Source: Callorhinchus milii
Lineage: Eukaryota
DNA: 64,000 nt
Direction: 5' to 3'
Assembly (NCBI RefSeq): GCF_018977255.1
Contig: NW_024704743.1
Span: forward strand, 69,504,001-69,568,000
Position 1 is the stretch's first letter; each line of letters begins with the position of its first letter. Both the position numbers and the translations under genes were made by a program. The notes beneath the pieces were generated by a model. It was given only the letters and a program-made list of their open reading frames with translations. It made no database searches and was not told the DNA's origin. Positions 36,483 to 48,843 of this stretch are shown here, one piece after another.

Positions 36483-38970
36483 AGCACTGCTAACTTGCAG
36501 TATTCCTAAGCACATTCCATTCCTTAATTATTACTGGGGAAAATGAAGGAATACTTCATCAACAGGACAAAAATTACAACCTGGGATCTCAAAAGTCTTT
36601 TGAGAAGCAACTTAACACTTCTTCACAGATATTGTCTTAAAATTCATTTTAAAAGTTGGAATTAAAGGTTAGATCCTGCTCCAGGTATTGGGAATGAAAG
36701 TCTTGAGTTCTTTGCAAAGTAAAAGAATAACATAGCAAGAATAAACCATTGTCTAGAAATTGTGTGTGTGTGTGGCGTGGGATTCAGTCCAAAACTGTCA
36801 TTAAGTACAGATTTTGAGGACCATGTTTTAACCATGTTTTCTGTACTGCTTATTTATGATGCCTGCTTTAATTAAGAAATTGAGTGCCTTTAGGAATGCG
36901 ACAATTTTGATCCTAGTATTTCCATAAAAATCACAAATTGGCACTCATGACTGCTAACCCAGTAGCTAAATTATACAGTGCCCACTAGGGTAAACCATCC
37001 ACAATATAAAAGAGTCATAAAAACATACCCTGATAACGTGACTTGAAAGGGATTCCAGGTCAACAACATACAACAGTGTAAAATATGCAACCTTAACATT
37101 AGTATTTGCCCGCAGCATGCCTGACAAAAATTGAGGTAGTTGTGTTTATGTGCATACCTTTATGTGCGTGCAAAGGGCAGATTCACTCAGTGATATATGC
37201 GTGCGGTGAACATATTTGGAATCCTGATAAAACCTCAAGTGAGAAGAACAACAGCAGCACGAGACATGTGAAGTGAAGTGGACATCATAAGACTGTTGCT
37301 GCTTTGAATTGCCCTGAGGTTAAACATGTTCTGACCTTTTATAAAGTACCATTCATGTGAAAAGCATTTTTTTTCTCTCCTGGGGGAAATGTTCGTGCTC
37401 ATCAAGATGAAGAATGTTAGTGTCTGGGCTAATGATACGACTTCCTACTTTGTGCATCCACAATTTTGTAAAGATTGGTTGCAGGGGGAAAAAAAANGGC
37501 ATACTAGACTAATCACCTCAGAGATTTGTGTGTCAGCCTGGTTCAGTTGGTAACATTCTAGTCTATGAACCAGTAGGTTTTGAGTTCAAGGCCCATATCG
37601 GGACTTTGAACTTATATAGTCTAGGCTGACAATCCAATGCAGTGCTGAGGGTGTCCTGCATTGTTGGAGATGCCATCCTTTGGATGAGATGTTAAACCCG
37701 TTCTGTTCTGAAAAGAGAATATCTCAAAACAATTTATAGCAGTTACTGGCTTTGTTGCCAGCAAATAGGCAGCTATTCTGTTCACAGCAAGATAAACAGC
37801 CATTAGCAATTTCTTTGAAGGATTGTTGATCAAGAGATTAATGGGAAATACTAGGTAATCTTAAACTTAGAAGATGCGCCTGCTGTATAAAGAACACTTT
37901 GAGATTTCCCAAATCAATCCTAGTTTGAAACCTTTACAGCTTTCTGAGAGAGTTGGTTTTAATCCCATCACTCCATGGTGGATTTGAAGAAGGGAAAGCA
38001 CAGCCAGCCTGACTCATTGGTAGGACTTGGAAGGCCAGACCAATCACTGGGGGCAAGGATTCTTCCCACTCAGCTCCTGTTAACCCTCCAAGTCAAACCC
38101 CTAGGGTGGTCCCAGCTGGACAAGCAGCAGGAAAGCTTGCAAGGCAGTGCTATCAATGGCAAGCTTTGCGGTTTTAGCTGGTTAGACTCCAGCAGTATCC
38201 CAATGTACACTCTGGGGTTCCCTAGCCTTGGCTCTCGCCAGTCTGCGCCTAATACTCTCTGGAATTAGGTAAACATGATATGTCCCTCTAGGAATAGAGT
38301 GCACATTCCTTTCCAATAAATATCTTGGGAATTCCCATGGTATAGGTCGGATGCATGGAACTCAGTTTGGTTTGGATACTCTTATGCATGAAGATGAGTT
38401 TCTGAATGTGTCCGATACCCTGTTGACCAAAAGAAAATAACAAGGGACAAAGCTGCAAGGACAGTGTTTGAGCAAGTCTATATACATTTGTTTTGACTAA
38501 TATCAAATGACTTTCTTAGTTAAGATTAAATCATATAATCAGTTTGGGATTGAAAAAGTGGGAACCCCATAATCTATTTGGAGCGGGAATCTCATTAGTC
38601 AGCTGTGATATGCTGTGGTTATAGCAGGAATCTCTATAAGTCACTATGAGCCTAGTAAAAATCCACTTGTGAATGGCCACTTTTTCAATGCTTTATCAAA
38701 TCACCCTCAAACAAATGAGTCAAGCTCTTTGCTCATTCTGCTTTAAAACCATTGGATGTAAGGTCTGGTTTAAAACTATTACCTGTAATTAATTACAGGA
38801 GTATGAGGAAAGGTCTGGTCAATGGGACTGAAAAGGTTGGGCTTGAAACAGCCAGCATAGACATAATGGATTGAATTGCCTTCTGTGCTGTAAATTTCTA
38901 TGGTTCTTTCATTTTAAGGATGGCTTTTGTATTCATGTGACAATGCTGTTCCTGCTCTGTCTTTATGCAG

Positions 38971-39114
38971 CACTTTGAATATAACAGTGGAAGAGAAATT
39001 TGGTTTGGATCCATTCTACAATTTTGCTTTGATGTTCTAAATGAACAGATCATACTCCAGGAATGTACCATTGAGGGGAGAACAGAACCACAACGACAGT
39101 GGGATGTTAGGAAG
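38971..39114 (+). CDS. GALNT15: GALNT15 exon 9, lectin beta repeat (HFEYNSGREIWFGSILQFCFDVLNEQIILQECTIEGRTEPQRQWDVRK)
   Basis: CFDV…C…QW ricin repeat. Acceptor atgcag|, donor AAG|gtttgt; 144 nt. Confidence 0.95.
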
Positions 39115-39830
39115 GTTTGTCATATTTATCGTCTGTTTTTAAAAAAAATTAGTGTCCAGTTAACTTTCTTTTCCCATGCCTCTTTGCTTTTGCTCTTAAT
39201 ACGTTTCACAGGATTTACTGTAGTGCAGTGACTGCAATGTGCAGGTGAATGCAGCAGCCAGTTTTCTACACAGCAATGTCCCACAAACAACTATGAAGTG
39301 AGTGACCAATCTTATTTGCAGGATTGTTGGCCAGGACACCAGGGGAAACTCTCTTCTCTTTTCAAATAGTGCCATGGGATCTTTAACATCCACCTAAATA
39401 GGCAGGTGGGACCTCAGTTTCATGTCTCATTCAAAAAGTAAAATACATAATCTGTAAATTTTAGTACTTTGGGTTTTATTGTTGTACATCAGTTCCCAAA
39501 TTATGTCTGAATTAGTATTTTCTTGAATATTATTTTGCATAGTGTTACACCAGCATGACTCAGAAACCATTAAAGGAATTGTTGGGCTGCAGTTCACCCA
39601 AGGTTAAGTTTTCCAGCGTACTTTTGTTGCATCTCTGGATGTGACTCAGGAAAAGTCTGATTTTATTTCACAACTTTTCAGCACAAATATGAAGAAATCT
39701 GCACAAGCCCACACACATACTCCTGCCACAAACAGCCAACATCTTTGCGAATCATAACGCTACATTCAGATGGTTCCAATCAGTCAGTAGTTCTCCATTT
39801 CAATAGTCTGTGCTTGCTTCAAAGATATCT

Positions 39831-40050
39831 ACAACAACAACAACAAGATTCCATTTATAAAGCGCCTTTCACGTCAGGAGGACGTCCCAAGGCGCTGCAC
39901 AGTTGGTTCATGACCCGAGCAGGGGGGAAATGGTCAGGGTGAGGGGAGGGAAGGGAGGGAGCGAGGAGGGGGGAAATGGTCAGGGTGAGGGGAGGGAAGG
40001 GAGGGAGCGAGGAGGGGGAAGAGAGTCGAGAGGGGAGCTGAAGGCACGGT
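39831..40050 (-). mobile_element. L2 3' end with an internal 46-bp tandem duplication
   Basis: (CAA)n tail at 39831 and similarity to 12400-12549. The unit ggggaaatggtcagggtgaggggagggaagggagggagcgagga occurs twice. Confidence 0.85.
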
Positions 40051-41593
40051 CTACACCGTTGCCAGTTGCAAGCAGCTCCATTGGATGTAGATAATCATGA
40101 TAATTTGATACTCTGCCATTTCCAATTCAAACTCCTCTTACTTTAAAGGACTCATCCTTGTATATGGCAAGAGATTCCAAAGTTGTACAGCCCCTGCAAT
40201 GTTCGATTAGTTCTGCTGCTCTATTCTGTTCACTGTGGCCAATGGCCACGATGGACAATGGCCAGTTGCTGGAAACAGCTAGAACATTGTAATCCATTTT
40301 GTGTCAGAAATGTGAAGAGGTTCCCACTACAGAAGATGCCCTGTGACTAATCTACATCCAAAATGTTCCATTCTTCAATAACATTTGTGACAAAGTGTGT
40401 AGGGAAATGAAGAGCCTGTGAAAATCATTTGACTTCTCTTTGAGCTGAAAATTAAAACTGTTTTACAAATACCACAAGGAGAAGATTTACCACATTTGAA
40501 AGATAAAGTCCTCAGAAATGTAAAAATAAGTTTGTGTTTTTGAGACATCTCGAAGATGTGATAAGGCACTATATCAAATGCAAGGATTATTATTATTATT
40601 CATTATCATGTTTTTATTTTTTGAAAAATTGAACTTTTTCAGTACTAAACATGAACTGTAGACACACGTCCATCCCATTTTATAGCAAACAGGAATTGCA
40701 AGTCAGAAAAAACATTGTGATTTCACAAAATGATCCAGGGTTATGACAGACAGAATTGGAAAATAGTGGTTGGACTTAGATATAGCCCATGATTTCCCAA
40801 TTTCTGATGTCAAAGTACAGAAAGTCATGTGCTGGAACTGTGGGATGGAGTTCCAAAGGGTGGAGGAGAAAAGCTGAAGGCCCAACCATCATAGAATCAC
40901 GACATGTGGGGCAAACCAGAGTCTGCTGAGTGGAGGAAACGGACAGGCCGGTTAGGGGTTATCGGGTCACAGAGGTAAGGAAGAACAAGGTCCATAATCT
41001 GCAGTTTGTGGCAAGAAGATTTGGGAAGACCGACAGGCAGGGAATTAGCATAATCGAGCCTGGATGTGATGAAGGCACGAATGAGGTCTCAGCAAGCTGA
41101 GGGGAGAGGCAGTGGCAGAGCTGGGTGATGTGCTTTCAGATGACCTCCCAATGTGAAATGCGCTATATGAATGTAGATTGTATTGTACTGTAATACAAAA
41201 GCTTTGATTAAATATAGAAATGTCAACAACAACAAATTGCGTTTATATACACTCACTGCACATTATAGTAATGACTGAAGCATTTGAGATGTCCTCCCAA
41301 TGTGAAAGGCGTTATATCAAATAGAAGAATTATTATTATTACTAATAAGGAAAAAGAGGGATTGAGGGATTTGTGGGCATGTGAGATTGAGAATCAAAAA
41401 GGGATTGGTTTTTTGACTTTCCTCTGTTCCTTACATGCTGTATAAGAAGGCTTTGTGAAAGTGGAGTACCTGTAGGGAAATAAAGCTACCATTTAAAAGA
41501 AAAAATATGGTATTGGTTTTGTATCAGATTCTTGACCCTCAGTAATGCCTGCGCCTTGCATTGTGAAAATCTAAACATATCCTTCTTTTCCAG

Positions 41594-41740
41594 AATGGAG
41601 AAATTATCCACATGCTTTCTGGCAAGTGCATTGAGGCAATTGGGAATGGAACGAGCAAAGACTTGTTTCTCCGGCCATGCAACAAGCAGAGCAACCAGTT
41701 ATGGCGATTTGAGCAACTGATAGTCATGAACGAGAGATGA
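41594..41740 (+). CDS. GALNT15: GALNT15 exon 10, lectin gamma repeat to stop (NGEIIHMLSGKCIEAIGNGTSKDLFLRPCNKQSNQLWRFEQLIVMNER*)
   Basis: SGKC…PC…QLWRF QxW repeat. Acceptor ttccag|, TGA at 41738-41740. Confidence 0.96.
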   Translation, partial: NGEIIHMLSGKCIEAIGNGTSKDLFLRPCNKQSNQLWRFEQLIVMNER

Positions 41741-41839
41741 CCTGCCGTTGTGAGCAGACTGTGGCTCAGTGCCATGCTCTCCCGCTTAGCCAGTAGGAGT
41801 GCAGCATGTCAAGAATCTGCAGAACCTGAATTTGCCGAC

Positions 41840-41845
41840 AATAAA
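41840..41845 (+). promoter_or_regulatory. Candidate polyadenylation signal for GALNT15 (AATAAA); a second candidate lies at 42159-42164
   Basis: Hexamers about 100 and 420 nt after the stop codon; usage cannot be determined from sequence. Confidence 0.35.
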
Positions 41846-42258
41846 GAATGCTGTGTACTTCTATTGCCTGAAGTAATTCATAATAGCACAGTCTTCTAAG
41901 GATGCCTTTGAATGGTACTGGTGAAGCCAAACACTGGTGTCTGCATTGTGTGGCATGACCGATTGCTCTGAACATTAGCTGTATCAAGGACTGAGGAGGG
42001 AGCAACCAAACTGGTTCTGATTTGTTTTGTTGGACAACCACTGAATATCTTAACTATCTGAACAAAACCTAAAGTTCTACATGAATCAAATTATTCTGCT
42101 TTTGCCTTAGTTGTGCCAAATACTACAAAAAATATTTTTTTTAAAAAATAGGTCACTAAATAAAAATGAAAGCTATTCGATGCAGTGGTGTTCATTATTA
42201 CTCATTTAGTCATTTAGTCATAGTCATTTAGTATAAGTAGTTGAGGTTGTCAGACTCT

Positions 42259-42541
42259 TTAGAGCACTTGCTTTGTAAGCGAGAGACTTGGGTTCAATTC
42301 CAGGCAGGGCGAAGCCTTGGGCAAGTTTCCTTATTCCACACGCCTAATAATAATCCCTCCAAAACCAAAAACAATAATAAATTGGTCATTTTCAATCTAC
42401 GACTGTTTGTGGGACACGTGGCTGCCGCGTTCGCCCACAAATATACAGTCAATTCACTTTGCAGTGTGTTCTGTGAAGCGCTTTGGGACGTCCTCCCGAC
42501 GTGAAAAGCGCTATATCAAATGCAAGGATTATTATTATTAT
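42259..42541 (+). mobile_element. Young SINE, slightly 5'-truncated
   Basis: Same family as 14687-15007. Confidence 0.9.
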
Positions 42542-44250
42542 TTAAAAAAACAACTTGAGGATGGTAAGGTCGATATTATCTAAAGATGAGATCAAGTGTT
42601 CTGAAGGGCTTCCTTCATCCAAACCTCTCTTGTGATCTTGTGTAGCAAGAGTGTAGAATCTCCAATGCTCTCCTTGTTAGCCTCCATCTCTTCACTTCCA
42701 ATAAGCTCTAATCCTCTAAAACTCTTCAATCCATATTCTCTTTCAAAAAGGGTTGCTCACCCCTATTATTCCTACCCTAACCAGGCTTCAATGTCTCCCA
42801 GTGCTCCAAAGGATTAACTTTAAGATTCTTGGCTTGACCTTCAAACTCTTCCAAGGTCTCCCTGTCTTTGAAATGTGTTCTAGGACTATTCTACTGTCCT
42901 TGCCCTTTGCTCTTCTAATTCTGGTTTGTTGCTTGATCCTCGCTCTGACTGCCCATTGATGGTGGAGACAACATTAAACCCCTGACCACTGAAACTCTTT
43001 CAGAATCTCTTTATCTCACTTCCTCTCTGCTTCCCAAAAAACTTCCTCTTACTTCATTGATTGTGTTTTCAGTCAGTATTGTTAATTCTGCTATCTAATT
43101 TCTCTGCTAATCCCATTCACACTAATGAACTATGGTTATTATTAAACCCCACTATGGGTGCAGTAAAATTCTAGGAGTGCAACAACAACAAAATTACATT
43201 TATATAGTGCCTTTCACGTCTTCAAAGCCCTCCATGATCTTGTTTCCCCTTACCTCTCCAACCTCCTAACCCCCTACCGTCAATTGGATTGTGCATTGAA
43301 TATATTGTTCCACAATGGAACACTTTTAGATCCAAAATTTGAGTGTTGAGTGTTGAATTGCCCAATACAAGACATTTAAGTGGAATTTGTGCAAGTGTGC
43401 CTTGTTTTATACAAAGTAGCTTGTATACAGAGCCACTGCACTGTCAATACAGTGTAATACAGCTCGATACCCAAAATGATTTACTTTCCTGGCGTCTCAT
43501 AGCATAAGACCAAATTCTGTTCTATTCCTCCCTGGTTGGTTTATCAACCAGTTTGAAAATTCAGGTTGTATTGTAGTGAGAATCAGTTTGCAACCTTTCC
43601 TCTAATAGATATATTTAATGTAACAACAATGTACACTTTTCACTGTATCAATGTGGTGTGTTTGATATGCCGTTAAGCAAAGTTTTTTTATAAAGCAGGC
43701 TTCAAATTTTGATAACTGCTCAATCCATTGAGGTTGTTTGGTATCCACCATTTTTGCTTGCTTTTATGGTTTTAGAAATGTTTATATTGGCAAAGTGCGG
43801 ACTGCAGGGAAATAGTGCGGTGAAGGGAAAGAAGTGGCCCATTTCCTGCTTCACTTGGAACATTTTTTTTCCATTCAAACGATCTAGTCCCACAGATATT
43901 TTAACTAACATTTCCTTTGCTGATGAGTCAGTGAATACTACTCTTGGATATACATCAGACAATTCACTTGAAAAATCAAATTGACAGAAAGGAAAATAAT
44001 TTGCTACTGAGGTCAACAGACATGAAGCTTTGCTAATTTTCCTAATACTTAAATTAGTGAGAATTAATCTTTAGTGTTAAGAGATACAGCAAATTCTATG
44101 TTTATGCCATTGTTAGCTTTACCACCAAGTGTACTATACTGCAAAGCACTTTAACCTAAACCCAGTACAATTTACAACAAAATACCGAATTGAACCTTCC
44201 AGCTGAATACTATATATTAATAACAACAGCCTACGTTTTTACAGTGCCAC

Positions 44251-44915
44251 AAAATACTGCAGATGCTGGAAATCTGAAACAAAAACAGAAGTCGCTGGGA
44301 ACGCGCAGCAGGTCAGGCAGCATCTATGGAGAAAAGAAAGTGAGTTAACATTTTGAGTCCACGACCCTTCATCAGAACTGGGGCATATTGGGAGGGAGGA
44401 CTAACAGAGAGGGGGAAGGCAGGGCAAGGAAAACAAAGGTGAAAATGGGGTAGAAGACAGGGGATGATGGGTTAAATAGGTGTTAATGATGTAAACAAAG
44501 CGGGGGATTGCAACAAAACAGGGGAATCGAGGTGTTAATAGTGCAAAACAAAGTGGGAGAACATTGCAACAAAACAGGCAGACCAGAGAGAAAATGTGTG
44601 TCTGGGCCCCAGATGATATGGTAATGGTCACAAGAGGGGAAGGCGGAATTACCAGATCATCTGAGTTATTGAAATCAATGTTGAGGCCAGAGGGCTGTAA
44701 GGTCTCTAGCAGATAGATGAGGTGCTGTTCCTCAAGCTTGTACTGTGGTACATTGGAACAGAGTAGGAGACCATGGATAGAGAGGTCAAAGTGGCAAGAA
44801 ACCGGAAGCTCAGGGTTGTGGACAGAATGGAGGTATTTGGCAAATTGGTCACGCAATCTGTGTTTGATCTCCCCAAAGTAGAGCAGAGCACATCGGGAGC
44901 AGCGAATGCAATATG
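44251..44915 (-). mobile_element. Penelope-like element 3' fragment (GIY-YIG C-terminus plus terminal repeat region)
   Basis: Peptide YCIRCSRCALLYFGEIKHRLRDQFAKYL…EEQHLIYLLETLQPSGLNIDF, homologous to 12940-13200, followed by a non-coding terminal region with a hammerhead-like motif. Confidence 0.9.
44343..44379 (-). ncRNA. Degenerate minimal (type I) hammerhead ribozyme motif in the Penelope terminal region
   Basis: Minus strand reads AGTT-CTGATGA-A-GGGTC-GTG-GACTC-aAAA-tG-TT-AACT; the intact form would end GAAAC-GTT-AACT. Confidence 0.65.
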
Positions 44916-46079
44916 CTAAATCTGATCTTGAATGAGGCAAGGGAAGGGTCAAAGCAAAGTGACTGCAGGATGGAGTTCCAGAGGTTGGGGACAGAAAGGC
45001 TATCTGTGAATCCTTATGGGCAATTACACTTACATCTTTCACCTTTGAGGTTTTATTGGCTTGGCATTCCAACTTTTGGAAATAGTTCCAATGCTCCTGG
45101 AGGGAGATAGCTCTAACTAACGCTTCATCTTAACAACATTAATGCTGTCTGCAATTGGTCACCGCGTTTTGCCCATAAAGTACACAGTCACTGCACTTTA
45201 CAGTATACTGTGAAATATTTGAGACGTCGCAACGACATGATAATGAGCTATATCAAATACAAGGTTTTTTTNCAAACAATACAACTCAGAACAGCACAAA
45301 CGATTCCTTCCAGTATAGCACGCAATTATTTTACATGACTTCAGAAGTAAAACTGGTATTTACATTTCATTGTTAATTATATTAGAAAATGTCAACACAC
45401 ATGACCATTATAGAGGTAATTATTGCCCCTATGACTATATTCTGTTTCATGGAGCAGCCCCGATGGTGTAGAGGATTAACCTATACACGTTACGGACTGG
45501 GAGCTCAGTTTCAAATACTGTTCCATGCTGGGTTTGTTACTTTCAACCAGCCTGGCTTTTCCAGGTTTAAGTAGGTGAAAAACAGCTCCTGATCCCATCT
45601 ACAAGCACTGGGAATGAACGTGTTTGGCAGTCAGTTGAGGAAATTTCAGGCTCATCTGTTATGCCCTCTACAGTAAGTCGTCTGCCGACACTCAATACCA
45701 AGGTTTATACATGAACAATTGTCACTTGGGCGGAGTTCAAGATGACACCCAGTGTCTGGGGGACCATATCCCAGTATAAGGATTTTAGAGATCAGGTGCA
45801 AAAGTATTTTTCAATGTGGAGAACAATTAGGAAAAAAATTGGACACAGTAAATCTTTTATAAATATATTGTTTCACAATTGTTTCCCTTTATCTAATTAT
45901 AAATATATTAATAGTATGGTATCAAGTTTATTTCTCCCATTACTAATGTATTGCAACAAATAACAACAAAATTACATTTGTAAAGCGACTTTCACGTCGG
46001 GAGGACATCCCAAGCCGCTGAAAAGAGAGAAATCTATCAGTGTACATTACTGTATATTAAGTGCATTTTCGCCTAATGA

Positions 46080-46520
46080 GTGTTAATCTAGCTCAATTGG
46101 TAGCACTCTCATCTTTTGAGTCAGACAGTTGGGAATCCAAGCCCCAGGTCGGGACTTTGAACTCACATTGTCTAGGCTGACACTCCAGTTGAGTCCTGTA
46201 GGAAAGTTACATTGTGAGAAGTACCATCCTTTGGATCAAATATTAAACTGAGGTTTTGTCTATCTCTTCAGGTGGACATTAAAGATCCCATGGCATTATT
46301 TGAAAAGTGAAGGGAGTTTTTCCTGGTCTTCTGGCCAACACATCCCCCAGACAGAATCGGTCATTCATTTCATAGCTGTCTGTGGAATATTGCTGCGTGC
46401 AAATTGACTACCGTGATCACCTACAAAATGCTTAATTACAGAAAAATCATGTGAAGTACTTAGAGACATTTTTCCAATGTGAATGGTTCTATATTAAATG
46501 CAACGATTATTTTTATTATA
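46080..46520 (+). mobile_element. Older DeuSINE, near full length
   Basis: Head gctcaattggtagcactc…gagtcagacag, Deu core attaaagatcccatggca…ctggccaaca, and TTA tail. Confidence 0.8.
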
Positions 46521-46922
46521 TATTGCTCACTCTATCTGGTCAGTTTTCTCCATCAAAATATATCTATTGGAGAGATGGAAAGAATTGAAATCTAGCTCAT
46601 ATTTAACATTGGCGGTCAAATAGTGGGCACTGATTTACCACTGATCAAAGTATATCACTGATACATTTCTCTCCGCTATTTTTCTTGATGCTGTATCTTC
46701 ACAAATTGGCATTTATTTTCTGTTAAACAAAATTGTCTGGCACTGCTGGGGTGTTATTCTTTGGATGAGATGTTAACCCAAGATCTTATTTGCCCATTCA
46801 GGTGGATGTTAAAGATATCCTCATTCCAGTCGAAAAAGAGAAGAGTTTCTTCTGGTGTCCAGATCAACAATTCCCCAAATAAAATTGGTCATTTCAGTTC
46901 ATTGCTGCATGTGGTACATTGT

Positions 46923-47224
46923 GGAGTCCTGTAGCTCAGTGGTTGGAGCACTCGTCTTGCAAGCGAGACACCTGGGTTCAATTCCAGGCCGAGCGAAACC
47001 TTGGGCAAGTTTCCTTACTCCACACACCTAATAATAATCCCAATTGTAAATTGGTCATTTTCACTCCACGACTGTTTGTGGGACACTGCTGTCCCCAATT
47101 GGCTGCCACGTTTCGCCCATAAATATGCAGTCAATTCACTTTACAGCATACTTTGTGAAACGCTTTGAGACATCAAGAAGACGTGAAAAGCGCTATATCA
47201 AATACAAGGATTATTATTATTATT
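46923..47224 (+). mobile_element. tRNA-derived SINE nested in a DeuSINE (host ~46740-46922 and 47225-47360)
   Basis: The host sequence gtggtacattg…ctgcgtgcaaattggctgcc is split by a complete SINE. Confidence 0.88.
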
Positions 47225-47884
47225 GCTGCGTGCAAATTGGCTGCCACATCTGCCTACAAAATATATAGTCGCTACACTTCATAGTGTACCCTGTGAAGCA
47301 CTGTAAGATGCCCTCCTGATATGAAAGGCATATCAAATTAATGGTTATTATTATTATTACTTAGAACAGCGGGATGAAAATTGCGATGTTTCTTACCACA
47401 TATGAAGTGATCTGTTTCACCGCAGTGTTACATAAAGTAAAATAATAATTAGTTTATGAGCTGGAAAAAGGTGACAAGTAATAAATCACACAATGATGGA
47501 TATTCCATCCAATATGTATGCAGAGTACATATACTATAACGTATGATGCATTACATGTTTTGATATAGCAGAATAACATATAGTTTTCACCCAAGAGGCT
47601 GAATGTCTAGACACAGGACTATTGTGCCACAAATTATTTATTCCTGGTTTATATCACTAGCTCTGCATGCTCAGTAACAATAGAAATAAACAAGCTCTTT
47701 GTACATAGGGCACATTTCTTGAAATTACATATGGATCTTATTTCATAACAGCCTCAAAAAGTACTTTAAATCATGGGAAAGCTAAATTAGCTCTAACCTT
47801 CCCAGGGATAACTAACCAGTGTTCATTCTCCCGGTTCCTCTACAGCACTGGTCACGGGTATGTTTGGCAGACGGGTGGTGACAG

Positions 47885-48020
47885 GTCATGCTTGGCTGTG
47901 ACATCCTCTACAACCAGATGTCCTACAGACACTCACCAACAAAGCTCACACATGAACAATGGCTACTTTGGTAGGACACCAGAGGGCAGCCAGCGCCAGT
48001 GGAACCACACACCAACACGT
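47885..48020 (+). repeat. Old interspersed repeat (third SINE-like family); related copies at ~11830-11965 and ~45640-45775
   Basis: Shared core acactcac…gctcaca/tttaca..catgaacaa..g.cac/tac.ttgg in three places. Confidence 0.5.
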
Positions 48021-48137
48021 GGCAGATGTCAGTGGGGGGGAGGGAATTAGAGAAAGGTATATATAGTTTTAGGAATCTATATGGTGACTGGAAATATTTA
48101 CACTAAAGGCACGTGATGTCTGCTGAAACGTGAACCA

Positions 48138-48454
48138 AATAATAATAATAATCCTTGCATTTGATATAGCGCTTTTCACGTCTTCTAGACGTCCCAAAGC
48201 GCTTCACAGAATATACTGTAAAGTGAATTGACTATATTTGTGGGCGAACGCGGCAGCCAATTGCGCACAGCAGTGTCCCACAAACGGTCGTAGATTGAAA
48301 ATGACCAATTTATTATTGTTTTGTTTTTTTGGAGGGATTATTATTAGGTGTGTGGAGTAAGGAAACTTGCCCAAGGTTTCGCCCTCTGCCTGGAATTGAA
48401 CTCCGGTCTCTCGCTTGCAAAGCGAGTGCTCTAACCACTGAGCTGCAGGACTCC
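48138..48454 (-). mobile_element. Young SINE, full length
   Basis: Reverse complement of the family consensus. Confidence 0.95.
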
Positions 48455-48518
48455 ACAATGTGACAAAATGTTTAAATTATCTGTATTTGTTTTAGCCTAG
48501 GTATAATAGCTTTATATC

Positions 48519-48843
48519 GGAGTCCTGTAGCTCAGTGGTTAGAGCACTCGCTTTGCAAGTGAGAGACCTGAGTTCAATTCCAGGCAGAGGGCGAAACCTT
48601 GGGCAAGTTTCCTTACTCCACACAGAGCCTAATAATAATCCCTCCAAAAACCAAAAACAATAATAAAATTGGTCATTTTCAATCTACGACTGTTTGTGGG
48701 ACATTGCTGTGCGCAATTGGCTGCCCCGTTCACCCACAAATATACAGTCAATTCACTTTACAGTGTGTTCTGTGAAGCACTTTGGGACGTCCTCCCGATG
48801 TGAAAAGCGCTATATCAAATGCAAGGATTATTATTATTATTAT
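48519..48843 (+). mobile_element. Young SINE, full length
   Basis: Family consensus; head-to-head with 48138-48454. Confidence 0.95.

Larger units (their letters stand above)
1..41740 (+). other. GALNT15: GALNT15 gene span (5' part of exon 1 lies upstream of the window); 10 coding exons
   Basis: Ten exons join in frame (intron phases 2,1,2,2,0,0,0,0,0) into a GT-A catalytic domain plus ricin lectin domain. The C-terminus KDLFLRPC...QLWRFEQ...ER* matches recalled GALNT15, and OXNAD1 lies downstream as in mammals. Confidence 0.93.

Noticed and set aside
37491..37500. Single N bases at 37497 and 45272
   Set aside because: Assembly ambiguities next to homopolymers, not biological features.
43720..44016. 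98-aa minus-strand ORF in unique DNA as a DPH3 or novel exon candidate
   Set aside because: No DPH3 zinc-ribbon CPC/CPSC motifs, no recognisable homology, and no clear donor site.
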